Positions 52,385 to 63,760 of a DNA stretch of 64,000 nt are shown here, in pieces. The stretch spans positions 22,716,560 to 22,780,559 of the forward strand of contig NC_134027.1 of the NCBI RefSeq assembly GCF_964204645.1, read 5' to 3'. Position numbers and translations under genes: made by a program. The notes beneath the pieces are model-generated. The model did no database searches. It was not told the origin of the DNA and saw nothing but the letters and a program-made list of their open reading frames with translations. Every line of letters begins with the position of its first letter. Position 1 is the stretch's first letter. This DNA is from Tubulanus polymorphus (lineage: Eukaryota; Animalia; Nemertea).

Positions 52385-52858
52385 TAAGCCTAGCCTACAT
52401 CGACACTGCGATTGGAGACAACTAATTGCCGGGCGAGTTTTCGGCGCATGAGAGCAACTGGCTGGATACAATCAGTTGCTCGATTGTGTGGATGTGAGCT
52501 AGCTTACGACTGGTTAGCGTCCATCTATCTCCAGTTCCAGCCAGTTGCCCATGTTCTACTTTTGAGCAACTAGTTGTACTCAGTTGTTGTCATATCCGTT
52601 GATGTGGGGCTCAATAATCAAAAACACATGGTTGCAACTGACTAAAACAAAAGCAATTTGTCACGTGACTCGAGATGCCCTGAGAATATTTGCTAGATTA
52701 CACATCTCAGTTGCTGTCGATGTGTGCGCTATGGACCTAGCGACCGGCATGAGCCACGCAGATGCTGGTTTTCATTAGATCTTCGATGTGAGCGGGGTAC
52801 TCGCTCACTAGCAACTAGTTGTCTCCAGTTGCTTTGTCGATGTATGATCTAGGCGGTT
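52385..52858. mobile_element. TIR element (gcctagcctacatcgac ... gtcgatgtatgatctaggc)
   Basis: Imperfect TIRs; internal agttgcccatgttctac also occurs inverted at about 121-140, so 1-340 is a related fragment. Confidence 0.5.
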
Positions 52859-52973
52859 AGATTAGGCATTCATTCACCATCTTCAGTTACCAATAGCGTC
52901 GGCACTGACCGCGAAGGGACGAAAGCCTCTTTTTTATTTACATTCTCTTATGTTCGACGTTTACGTTCTAGAT

Positions 52974-53176
52974 ATCATTGCTTCGTTACGAGTGAAATCC
53001 CACGATTATGAATTGACTAGAAATTTTATTGAAAAATTATCAAAATATTTCGGGCGGTTAAGCTAAAAAAACTGAAGAAGGACCGGACCCGCCCGAAATA
53101 TTTTCATAATGTGTGGGATTTTAAATCTTATTACTACACCACGGATATTGTGATTTCAAGTGAAACATCATTGCTT
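52974..53176 (+). mobile_element. Penelope-like terminal fragment with inverted arms, hammerhead motif and 10-bp direct repeats
   Basis: atcattgctt at both 52974-52983 and 53167-53176; inverted arms aaaatatttcgggcgg / ccgcccgaaatatttt; CTGAAGA...GAAA motif at 53072-53098. Confidence 0.6.
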
Positions 53177-53402
53177 TTATTCACATTTTCTTTATACGAT
53201 AGATTCAGTAGAAATCACTTGAGTTGTTTTTTTCGTAGATGTTAGACACACGATCATCCGACGCAACGTAAAACTTGCCGATTAGTTTCTTCGAACAGTG
53301 TTTTTATTACATTTCGGATTTCGTTTATTCATAACGTTTCCAGAAAAATGCATTTAGAGCCACTTTTGTCTTTTTCAATGAAAACTGTAATTGCTATAGA
53401 CC

Positions 53403-53689
53403 TTAACCCTTTCAGTGCTGGCTAATTAATACCCATTAGTGCTGAAGATAATTTGAAAATTCTGAAAAATTCCACCCTAGTGTGTTGAATAACGGGAATA
53501 CCACTATAATGTGTCTACACTGCGGTGCGGTGTATCATTAGTTACTAGTATTTCACTATGTTTGACAGGTGCTGCCATCTTTCAAGAGAGATAATTAGTC
53601 ATTACTAATTACATTAATTACGGTGTACTAGCAAAATCCATCACTGATTCGTACACCGCACTGCAGTGTAGACGCACTGAAAGGGTTAA
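53403..53689 (-). mobile_element. piggyBac-like MITE family A
   Basis: Both TIRs; the right TTAA is shared with an adjacent family-B copy. Confidence 0.85.
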
Positions 53690-54609
53690 CCTATTAGCCC
53701 TCATCCGCTCTGCCTATTACTCCTCAAGCCGCCTGAATCTGCCCTGACCCGTTTTTGTCTGCTACACAAAAACTGTTATAGTGGGATTCAAACCCATTCG
53801 TGTAGGATATTAAACTGACACCCAAGACGTCAAAAATCTGTACAGAAATCAACATCTTCCTATTTGAAATTATCGAGTATTTGGAATATGAACATGACCG
53901 ATCCGAGAGCTCACTTATATCCAAGTATTTTTGAATGAATTTCAAGGGCAGAAAGGTCACAATTTTTGGTGGTCCACCTTTGCAATTCTATCCAGTGCAC
54001 ACTTTGGTAAAACAAAGGTGTTTATGACTTGACGTTGTAACTGGTCAAAAGCCATCAGCGAACTTCGATATTTTAGCGCAAAAACTAGTGCGGATAACCT
54101 TAAAAAACATATTTCCTAATCAAATGGTGCACTAATTATGAACTTTCTTAGGGGCAGACATCAAAGTTTATTTGAAAAATAAATAAATTTTCAAAATGGC
54201 GCTCGGCTCAAAAATACTGTTCATTCAGACCGACAAAACCCTTACATATACTATATTGATTCTCATGTGATTCCTATTTCACATTGATTCCTATTGATTA
54301 TGTTTTCTGCGCGCAATAATGTTCCGCGAATTTTTCGCGTTCGCCCAGGACAGCGTTCGCAAAAGTATGGTGGAGAATTTCTAAAAAAGTTACGGTGTTC
54401 GATTGCGAAAACATTTCAATGGAACAATTTTGTAGAGTGTTTTTGTTCCCGGCGAATGGTCGATCGATTCAACGTTTTCATGAACGTTTGGCTAAAATGT
54501 TCCATCATCTGCGTCGGGCTTTAGCCTCGCGTTCGGCGCTTGTTTGCGTAATTTCCGTAGCTTTAATGACGCGTGTTCGATTTCGAAAATAATGAATACT
54601 GACGGTTGA

Positions 54610-54768
<159 letters not shown>

Positions 54769-55525
54769 TGATTATAGTTACGAATGACAGCCTTATTATT
54801 CTTGATGACTTCAACAATTAAGTAAAATACGAGTATTGCTCCGACCTCCAGAATTTAGTGAAAAGTTACTAATCTCACCCTTTTCATTATCAAGTAACTT
54901 CAAACAATTCAGTGGAAATTATGATTAGTCTTTTCATTCTTGACCTTCATATTCTCGACCTTCATATTCTTGATGTATTCAGCTATTTAGTAAAAAGTTA
55001 TTAATGACATGCTTTTCATTCTCAAATAACTTCAAACCATTCATCGAAAATATAATGAGTCTCAGGCCCTTATTTAGGGGAGATTCAGGGGGTTCGAACA
55101 AACCCCTTGCTCATTGATAAACTACTGCCAAGATGCCGGCCTTGAATAGATTTGAGCATTGATTTCGAAAGATTCACTCATTGGAAACACTTATTCGTTT
55201 TCGTTCAAAATATGCACATGCTTTCAAACTTCATTTGAGACCAAATTGTAAGAAATTTTCATCCCAGATAATTTAGAAGCTCCTATTTGCCTCTAATTTT
55301 CAAAAAATCTCTGCCAGTAATCCCCAAATCTTGACATTTCGGTGGCACCTTACAAAAGTTCCGCTTTCATGAAGAACCCCTAAAGACAAGGCTGGCCAAG
55401 GGCCTGAGTCTCATTTGCATCCCTCTGAAGAAATGTACCCAAGATTTTGAGAATCAATGATGAATGAAAATTATTTTCGATTCGATGATTTTCATGTTTT
55501 TTTTCTTCTTTTTTGTTTCGGTTAG

Positions 55526-55629
55526 GATTTCGGAAAATACCCGCGAATGCGCACCTTCGTACAGGAGTATATGCAGGCATTGAATTCGCAGAATGATGGC
55601 CGCCGAGTCGTGCAGAACTTCGTTCGCGG
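55526..55629 (+). CDS. CMIP: CMIP exon 8
   Basis: gttag|DFGKYPRMRTFVQEYMQALNSQNDGRRVVQNFVR+GG|gtacga (phase 2). Confidence 0.93.
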
Positions 55630-56509
55630 GTACGAATCGAGAACTCCGAAAAAAATGGCTTCCAGCTATGAGGATTTCATCATAATTGATGAAAGCATCA
55701 TAAATACGATTGCTCGAAGCCATTTTCTTTCTGAGTTTTTACACATATTTCATCGAATAGGGAAGGGTGGCTCCGAGAATATCGGAATTTCAGTGTCATC
55801 CATTCCTCCAATGGATGGCTGCGGGTGAATTTGGTTGACTCACAGAGGAAGGGTTTCTTTTCCCCTCAACGTATCAAGAACCACTTGGGGTATTATTAAC
55901 CCCCTTCATTGGGTGAAAGGGCCCAGAGAAAGACCGTAGACCATCGACCAAGAAACCCGGATTGGAACCCGCAAACCTTCGATTGATGAGACCAGTGACC
56001 GATGGCTTAAACAACCCGCAGATCTGCCAACTTACCGATTTTAATTATTTGTTACTATTCCATAATGAGAAATACTGATTTTATTCGTTTGATGGGTACA
56101 GAAATATGCAAGATGTTACCGAGGGTCTTACTCTTGATTACTGATTAATATTTTGAAAATTATCTGTCATGTTTCAATGAAATCCCACTGAAAGATTTCA
56201 ATTTGTTACCGATAGCGCTTTTCAGAGGTTGTCAGCCACGTGACTCGCCCTCCGCACGGCTTGGAAATCGCATAATAGAAATCTAATAACTGTCTATAAG
56301 TCATCATCATGTTTCAATGACATCACTGATCGGGATTTTTGCGAGGCGACCATCTTTTTTCTCGAGGCACATACGTACGAATCTGATAAAATGAGGCTTC
56401 AATTATGATATCATATATCCGCGTAGTATGCACGCGTGAAAGCACGGAATATGATGATGTTGATGATGATGACGACGATGATGAGTGCATGTTCTCGAAT
56501 CTATTTCAG

Positions 56510-56611
56510 CAATCACGGCGTGTCGAGTAACTGCCCTCATCCGCGAGTATTACCGAACCTCGTAGCCGTTTGTCTGTCCGCGGTCTCCAACGTCTACGAC
56601 GACAAAAAGAA
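56510..56611 (+). CDS. CMIP: CMIP exon 9
   Basis: tttcag|(G)NHGVSSNCPHPRVLPNLVAVCLSAVSNVYDDKK+AA|gtgagt; CPHPRVLPNLVAVCL is diagnostic. Confidence 0.95.
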
Positions 56612-56696
56612 GTGAGTAGCGTCGATTTTAACGTTTCGATTTATTCGAGATTCGTTTCGTCGAAACTGACGTCGTATTCCGTATCTTTCGTGTCAG

Positions 56697-56786
56697 TCTT
56701 ATGCGTGAAAACGAATTCGAAAATACGTTGGAAATGGGTGAAATTCAAGAACGATTAAGTTGTTACATCGCCATTTTCGAAGCCAT
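56697..56786 (+). CDS. CMIP: CMIP exon 10
   Basis: tgtcag|(N)LMRENEFENTLEMGEIQERLSCYIAIFEA+AT|gtaagt; follows an 85-nt intron and phases fit. Confidence 0.85.
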
Positions 56787-56811
56787 GTAAGTAGACGTCG
56801 TTCGTTGACGA

Positions 56812-57102
56812 TTAAAACCCTTTCAGCGCATCTACACCGCAGTGCAGTGTACATATCGGTGGTGGACTTTGCTCGCACACCGCCTGTGGTCTATTGTTAT
56901 ATTTGATAATTAATTTTTATCTAATGAAAGATAGCAACATTTGTTAAACATACCGGTAGTGAAATATTAGTAATTAATGATACACCGCACCACGGTGTAG
57001 ATGATATTTAGTCGTATGCCTGTTATTCAACACACTGGGGTGGAATTTTTTGATTATCCGCATCATCTCCGGGTATTGATTAGTCAGCACTGAAAGGGTT
57101 AA
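56812..57102 (+). mobile_element. piggyBac-like MITE family A
   Basis: ccctttcagcgc ... gcactgaaagggttaa. Confidence 0.8.
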
Positions 57103-57701
57103 CGCATAACAATGGGCAATCGGCCACTGGCAATGCTGCTGTGGCACTTGGGGATTCCTCTTGTGGCAAGTGAGGATCCGCTTGCGGTTTTGTAGTAGTA
57201 TTCCATACATCGGTGGCATACTGTGGCAGCCGGGGATTCCTCATGTGGCAAGTGAGGACCCATTCAGGTCTCGTAGTCTACCACTCATCAATGGCCTACC
57301 GTGGCAATTGAGGATTCCCTTGAAGATTCCCTAAGTTGCTTAGCACAGAGTTTCCGTTTCTACTACGTTTGAATTAAAGTCGACTATTTTCCAAAATGAA
57401 TCAATTATCGAAAAAACCTTACAAAGCACTCAGTAGAAAAGTCAATCAAGAATTGGAAATTCTATATCTTCAATTTCATGAGACTCATATGATAATATTA
57501 GGATTTGGGAGGCATAAATCTTACGTAAGTTGGTTTAGATTATTAAGTGGAGTCGGGAAATTTCTGACGCTAGTACATTGATACAGTAATAATACTGTTC
57601 GTTATATAAGCTCTTAAGTACATACTTCTTCGCCTCCTATAGAATCGAAATTCTGCCGCGTCGAGCATCGAAGTTTTATTACGTCGTATTTTTCATTCCA
57701 G

Positions 57702-57767
57702 GTCGGAGTTCGACGATTGGAGACCGGTTCTGAGCAGCCTCCTGCAGCCGCTCCCATTCCCTGACGA
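57702..57767 (+). CDS. CMIP: CMIP exon 11
   Basis: ttccag|(M)SEFDDWRPVLSSLLQPLPFPD+GA|gtacgt. Confidence 0.94.
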
Positions 57768-58409
57768 GTACGTATCAATAAAAAAAACTCGATAGTACCC
57801 GCCGATACACGCGGGCGGTTCATAATATGTCTTACATGTTTTTATAAAGTGCCTAATCGGTGAAATTGTTTTTAAAGGCCCGAATGAGTGCCTAATTTTG
57901 TCCGCTCATCAGAGATGTTAGACTTCTATTTTTTGACAAAGTTCTGTTATTTTTCATTTCATTTTCCTGGTAAAAGGAAATGCTGAGAAATTGCATCTGA
58001 GAACACTTAAAATTTGAAAAATTTCCCAATTTTTTTCGGATATTAACTATTTTCCTTTCTTTTCCTTTGGCCACTTACATCTCTGGTCTCATCTGAGACA
58101 CTTTATTTAGACGACTTGGCTATTTTCAACAAAAAAAAAAGAAGAAAACTGTGGCATCGATTTCACACTTCTAAATCAAACGCAGTGCTTCAATAGTTTT
58201 AGAATGCAGAGTGCTTGTTTAGCTTAGCCAGTGCAAATGCCTGGCCCGTTCGCAACTGAAAATGACTTGAATTGAATGTAAATGTTTTCAAGAAACGCAA
58301 TAGCGTAGGTGTCTCCTTAAGATTGAAAATAGTTTATTCAGGCCAGGACAACGGTTTAAACCTCTATTACAAAAGTATAACACTACGAAAGAACCTAGTT
58401 GTTAATGAT

Positions 58410-58745
58410 ATCTAATGATATGTCAATTATTACATAGCGCAGGTATCCTAAACAGAGTTCCAATGCGCTCAATATCGGTATTATTACCCCCAACCTATAT
58501 CTCTAATCCAGGTATATCAGTCATTTTTCCCTGGGTAGAAGTAACATCCGAGCAGCTGCTAGGCGCTCAGGAGTCATCTATCAGGTCAGGTACCCATTTT
58601 CTCCTGGGTTGAGAGGCAATGAGGATAAGTGTCTTGCCCGAGGACACTACGGTAATGTACATACAGGGTTCAAACCCACGACCTGGCTTCCCAGAGTCGA
58701 ACCTTCGAACCTTCGAACCGTTCGCCCACGCCGCTCGCTCGCCTG
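58410..58745 (-). mobile_element. tRNA-derived SINE with CORE-like central domain
   Basis: B-box-like ggtttgaaccc followed by gtgtcctcgggcaagacactt...aaatgggtacc; second copy at 61181-61345 (+). Confidence 0.7.
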
Positions 58746-58960
58746 ATTGTTGCCTAGGTTGTTTAGTTCTTGAATTCGAAATCTCGTTGATTTTACCCTT
58801 TTTGAAAACTAATTCGATCCCTTGAAAAATCTCAGGGACGCTCAGGAATAGCCGTAGCACCAGTTCAGGCGTACAAGAATCACGCGAATATGAACAATAG
58901 CCTCGGAGTCAAATCGTCTTGTTACCGCTGTTGATAATGAATAGATCAACTCGGCTTCGG

Positions 58961-59455
58961 TTAACCCATTAGCGCTCAGGAATTTCTCTATCTACTGTCT
59001 ATTACCTCTCAGAAAATTCAACGGAAAATTCACACCGATAAACAATAGCTCATTTCCAGTTAATTCCCATGTTCGAAAAGCTCTCATCATTTCGTTGTGA
59101 ACACACTACGCTTTCATGTGACAAAAGATTTTTATGAGGCGGGCCACCAAAATCGTGACCTTTTCGGACCCCCTTCGATATTCATCCGGACTTACTTTCT
59201 TGGATGTTACGTAACGACTGATAAGTGACAGCGAACATACGCTCACTCACCGGGGATCGAACGCGGGGCTTGTGCGTAGAAAGCAAGCGTGCTAACCAGT
59301 AAACCGATATAACGATTTAACTTTTAGTCCACTCGGCCAGCTGGTCGTATATGCTTAACAGTTAGCGAGCGCTTGGATCAGTCATGTTCATACCGTATTT
59401 GTGAGATGTTAATTTCCGTAAAGAATTTCGACGTCTTGGGTGTCTAGTTTATCAT
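58961..59455 (-). mobile_element. piggyBac-like MITE family B, truncated and interrupted by a 156-bp insert
   Basis: ttaacccattagcgctcagg end; collinear with the reverse complement of 48930-49270 except 59205-59360. Confidence 0.65.
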
Positions 59456-60214
59456 TTCATTTCATTTTCATTTATTTGACAAACTTATGATCATTTATAA
59501 TACAAAAACAACAGGTTATAACGTTATAACATAAGTATGTCTGGGGATTCAAAAAATCCGTTAGGATTGTCCAGTTGGATCCCCGAACATAAGAAAATTA
59601 AATAGTTGTTCACCAAGTAAATAAGGTAAGAAATAGAGTTTACTTATGTGAGTTTACAAGTATATATAGTGGCGATATATCATTGGGTTCATTGAGCAAA
59701 CCAAAATAGGGAAGTCAGGACGGATTCGGGTGGCTCTGAGAAGTAATAGGCAGCGCGGATACAGGCTCGGGGACTAATATGTTAATGTAGATTTTTGTTC
59801 TGATATTCTCGATTACGATGATCGTTATTTCGTTCTTCTTTTCGTTCGCCAAATCGTTTCCTAAAAAGATTAATATCCTCGTCATCGTTGTCGGCGCGGC
59901 GCGGAGAGAGACACGATATAATAACAACAACCAGGCGCGCGCGTGTGTGTAACTGTTAAAACTTGACCGGATTTACAGTTGCTATGGCGATGACATTCTT
60001 TTGCCGCGGGGACTCGATGCGTGCGAGTGTGATCGCGTCGATTTGTCGTCGCGTTATTAGACTTGTTAAAAATGACGGGCGACTCTGAAGCGCGTTTGAA
60101 ACGCCGCCTGCCCGAGTAACACGTCGTTTGTTTTACGCGAACCGACCGCGTAAGGTATATTATTTCATTTCGATATAGGATTTTGCCATAAACGATTAGC
60201 TCACGGTCTGTTCA

Positions 60215-60500
60215 TAGGTTCAATTAAATTCGAGTCAGCTTTTCTCATCGGTAAAGCAATTTTCAGAAAAATCTATACCATACACTGAGTGGAGTGAGAA
60301 AGGGAATCTTATGTCCATCCGATGACTTCTTTGATAATGGAATTTGGAATCGTAGATTTTGGAATCGTAGAAATAAAGTTCAAATTTCATTGAATGTTAG
60401 CTAATTTTCACTTCGAATTATGCAGTCAATGTTGTGCCATCTGGTGAGTCCCAGTACCCTATTACGAACATGAGATATTTTTAGTCTTATCTGCTGTAAG
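60215..60500 (+). repeat. ~280-bp repeat, second direct copy at about 62625-62895
   Basis: aggttcaattaaattcgagt...gagatattttttagtcttatc occurs at both loci. Confidence 0.8.
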
Positions 60501-61180
60501 CTGTTTAACTCGCAGTGGATACTGACCTGTGATACCTGGAAGAAACTCAACGAATCGGAAGAATCTAGAAAAAATCGGGGAGAACTCGGGGAATTCGACA
60601 AATTTTACCAAAGGAAATTCGAATAATGCAATTGACCACGTGTTTGTTAAGGCCGTTTATAATTATTTGGCGTACAGATTTTTCATTTTTCGAGAAAATA
60701 GTGGGAGGGCCAAGGGAAAAAAATAATAAGAAAAAATTTTAAAAAAGAGATTTTTTTTTAAGGCATTTTAAAATGGAAGGGAACAGGAAAAATATAAAAA
60801 TCCTCTTTTTGTTCTCTATTGAGAAATGAAGAAAAAGAAATGAAGAATTTTGATTTATAAAATGCCACGGATCAATCTTTGAACCATCACCATTTTCATC
60901 ATTGAAGTTCGATGTTTTGATGATTACTTTTTGAAAGTCGAGTTGAGTTTATATCTGACCGAGTTTTGTTCGTATATGTAGGGCCGAAATCAACCTTGGG
61001 ATAATTAGAAATTTGTTGGTTATTATGTTTTTTCGTTGTTACTATGGCAATTGTCGCTCCCATTAGTGGTTTATCCCTAGGGGTAAATTTGCAAGCAGGT
61101 CTATGGAATCGGACTTGTTTGTAGTTGACTTATGATTAAAAAGGTTTCTGGGGAAGTACTAACGATCAAAATTTCGAGTG

Positions 61181-61345
61181 AGGGTATGGGCGAGTGGTGA
61201 GAGCGTTCGACTCCGGTACAGCGAGGCTGTGGGTTCAAAGCCTGTACATTATCGTAGTGTCCTCGGGCAAGACACTCATCCTCATTGCCTCTCATGACCC
61301 AGGAGTAAATGGGTACCTGGCCTGATAGATGACTCCTGAGTGGCT
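61181..61345 (+). mobile_element. tRNA-derived SINE, same family as 58410
   Basis: gggcgagtggtgagagcg (A-box-like), ggttcaaagcc (B-box-like), gtgtcctcgggcaagacac core. Confidence 0.7.
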
Positions 61346-61477
61346 ACATGGTTTGAGTTAGAGTTATAGCGATTTACTGGAAAGTGCCATTGAACATTGA
61401 ATCGCAGTGCAAAGATCGTCATAGAAAACAAATTACTATTTCTCAAACTGGGAAGATTGGCAATTAAGTATCAAATT

Positions 61478-61800
61478 TTGAACCTGATGGCAGGAATGCG
61501 AACCTGATGGTATCATTAGACTCAGTCACAGCATGGAACCCTGCCACACTAGACCGGGTGTGCAGGTAGATGCGCAGGGTTGCCGTCTAATCAGATTGCC
61601 TGTTGAATAATTGCTGAGGCAAAAGTAACCGATAAGCTATAACTAGAAAACCCGGGCTAAAATAAAACGTGATATCTGATTGGCTGATAATGACATCATC
61701 TAAGCTTCGCATGTAGATGCGCGCTCGGTCTAGTGCGGCAGGGTTTCGTAGCGTGGCAATCTCGATGCCATCAGGTTTGAATCCCTGCCAGGGGAGGATG
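61478..61800 (-). mobile_element. hAT-like MITE (same family as 40140)
   Basis: Reverse-complement match to the 40140-40466 internal sequence; ends ggggaggatg. Confidence 0.75.
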
Positions 61801-61925
61801 ATACGTACGTATAGTCCGTAGCCCCTTCTTAGTAATATCGATTCAACTGTAACCGCCGTTCTCGAAATGAAAACCTGGAAATAACCACGACCGGTAATTG
61901 AATGTCTTATTGTTCATGTTTACAG

Positions 61926-61952
61926 CGCAATCGCAGATGAACAGTTTACATC
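61926..61952 (+). CDS. CMIP: CMIP exon 12 (27-nt microexon)
   Basis: tttacag|(D)AIADEQFT+TC|gtaagt; fills the ALAHEKFT segment of CMIP; phase 2-2. Confidence 0.88.
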
Positions 61953-62127
61953 GTAAGTAATGAGATAGTAATGGGATAGAATGTCCGCATGAGATGAAAT
62001 CTAAAAAAAGAAAAACAATACGACGCGATTCGAATGACAACAACCCATGCTTTCAATTTTCGCTTATTGCACGAAAACGTCGAGAATCGTATAATGATTT
62101 CGCGTCGTATCGTTTACGTTTTTACAG

Positions 62128-62284
62128 TCCGTTCAAATCAGTGATGAAGAACGTCGCGGAGGACAAGCGCTGCGACGTACATCAAGCTATACTCCCGATT
62201 CGCGAAGGAAAGGAGGGCTGGTTCCACCTTTATTGCCCAGGGGGCATTGCTTGCGACGACGACGGCGATTTATGGGGCGTTATG
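62128..62284 (+). CDS. CMIP: CMIP exon 13
   Basis: tttacag|(S)PFKSVMKNVAEDKRCDVHQAILPIREGKEGWFHLYCPGGIACDDDGDLWGVM|gttagt. Confidence 0.95.
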
Positions 62285-62343
62285 GTTAGTATGTTGTAGG
62301 CGATGGACTCCATTGATAGAACACTATATCCGTGTTGACGCGA

Positions 62344-62544
62344 TGTAGACGGAATCCCACAATGATAAGGAAAAAGTTCGAAAATGTAACTTTGAGATAG
62401 TAGTTTATTCAACGTTTCGACTATATCCTGATAGTCATCTTCATTATTCCTGAAGATTAGGATATAGTCGAAACGTTGAATAAACTATTATCTCAAAGTT
62501 ACATTTTGGGACTTTTTCCTTATCATTGTGGGATTCCGTCTACA
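62344..62544. mobile_element. Inverted (palindromic) Penelope-like end with split hammerhead motif
   Basis: Near-perfect inverted arms of about 90 bp; centre carries CTGAAGA..atagtcGAAAcgttgaataaa. Confidence 0.65.
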
Positions 62545-63302
62545 AAGCGATGGGCTACCTGGCAAAGCTACTATGGCAAGCGAGGATTTTGCTTAGTTGG
62601 TTTACTGGGTACAATTCTATTCTACAGGTTCAATTAAATTCGAGTTGATTTTTCTCATCGGTAAATCAATTTTCAGAAAAATCTATACCATACACCGAGC
62701 GGGGCGAGAAAGGGAATCTTATGTCCATCCGATGACTTCTTTGATAATTTTCGATTTCGGAATCCTAGAAATAAAGTTCAAATTTCATTGAATGTTGGCT
62801 GATTTTCGCTTCAAATAATGCAGTAGATTGTTGTGCCCATCTGGCAAGTCCTGGTACCCCATTACGAACACGAGATATTTTTAGTCTTATCCGCGGTCGA
62901 AGTTTCGATTTGATACCAGTCAAAACCCTCATTTTGATTCTGTGCAGCCAATCTTACCACTTAACACGTTGGCTACCAGACATGTATGATGTACTTGACG
63001 ATACTGAATTATATCAGCACGTTTATATACCGTAAGTGGTATAAGTAGTTGGTTATCAATGCATTTTTAAGAAGTTGGTTCTCCTGGTAATGCGGTAAGT
63101 GTCATAAATGTCAATTTTGGTGACAGTAAACGGAAATTCGACGACTGAAGACCAGTCTTAGCCCATTTTGGTTCTATTGGCAATAAGACCAGTTTTGAGA
63201 CCCTAAGATTCATTTTTAGTGGCGCCAATGTGTTAGATGCGTAGGATTTAAACCGGTTAATGAACGCGTGTGTTTCTAATGCTTGTCCTCTTGTTGTTGC
63301 AG

Positions 63303-63416
63303 TTGAATTCTTTAATCATGTGTTGTTGCAAACGAAAGAAGTTTCTACTAACGTTGAATAAGATGATTAGTCCGTTGATGCTACTGGCTCTGAGGGAACA
63401 TCACGCTGCTTTAGAG
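63303..63416 (+). CDS. CMIP: CMIP exon 14; gene continues beyond the window (LRR region not present)
   Basis: ttgcag|LNSLIMCCCKRKKFLLTLNKMISPLMLLALREHHAALE|gtatgt. Confidence 0.93.
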
Positions 63417-63534
63417 GTATGTTTTCATTCGTCAAAGATTCCGTAAGTCGAAGAGTACAGGGGCGTGACTGGTAGTCTCATATCAATGCAGTCATCAATC
63501 TGGGGTCTGGACCCTGCACTCCCCCGCCCCAGAC

Positions 63535-63760
63535 CAGAGCTGCCAACTGTCCTTGATTTTTCAGATTGTTACTATTTTTTATATAATGAGAAATACTGAT
63601 TCGGTTTGCTTGATGCATACAGAAATATGAAAGGTGTTACTGAGGGTCTTATTGTTTATAACTTATTAGTTTGAACATTTTCTTTCATGTTCGAATGAAA
63701 TTTTACTGACAAAGTATCAATTTGTTTCTGATAGCACTTTTCAGCGGTTGGCAGTCCTGC
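63535..63760. mobile_element. MITE (cagagctgccaac ... gttggcagtcctg)
   Basis: TIRs visible; second copy at about 56020-56240. Confidence 0.6.

Noticed and set aside
58640-58745. Functional tRNA genes (also at 14225, 55940, 59240 and 61181)
   Set aside because: A/B boxes are present but acceptor stems are incomplete, and two of them continue into SINE core sequence.
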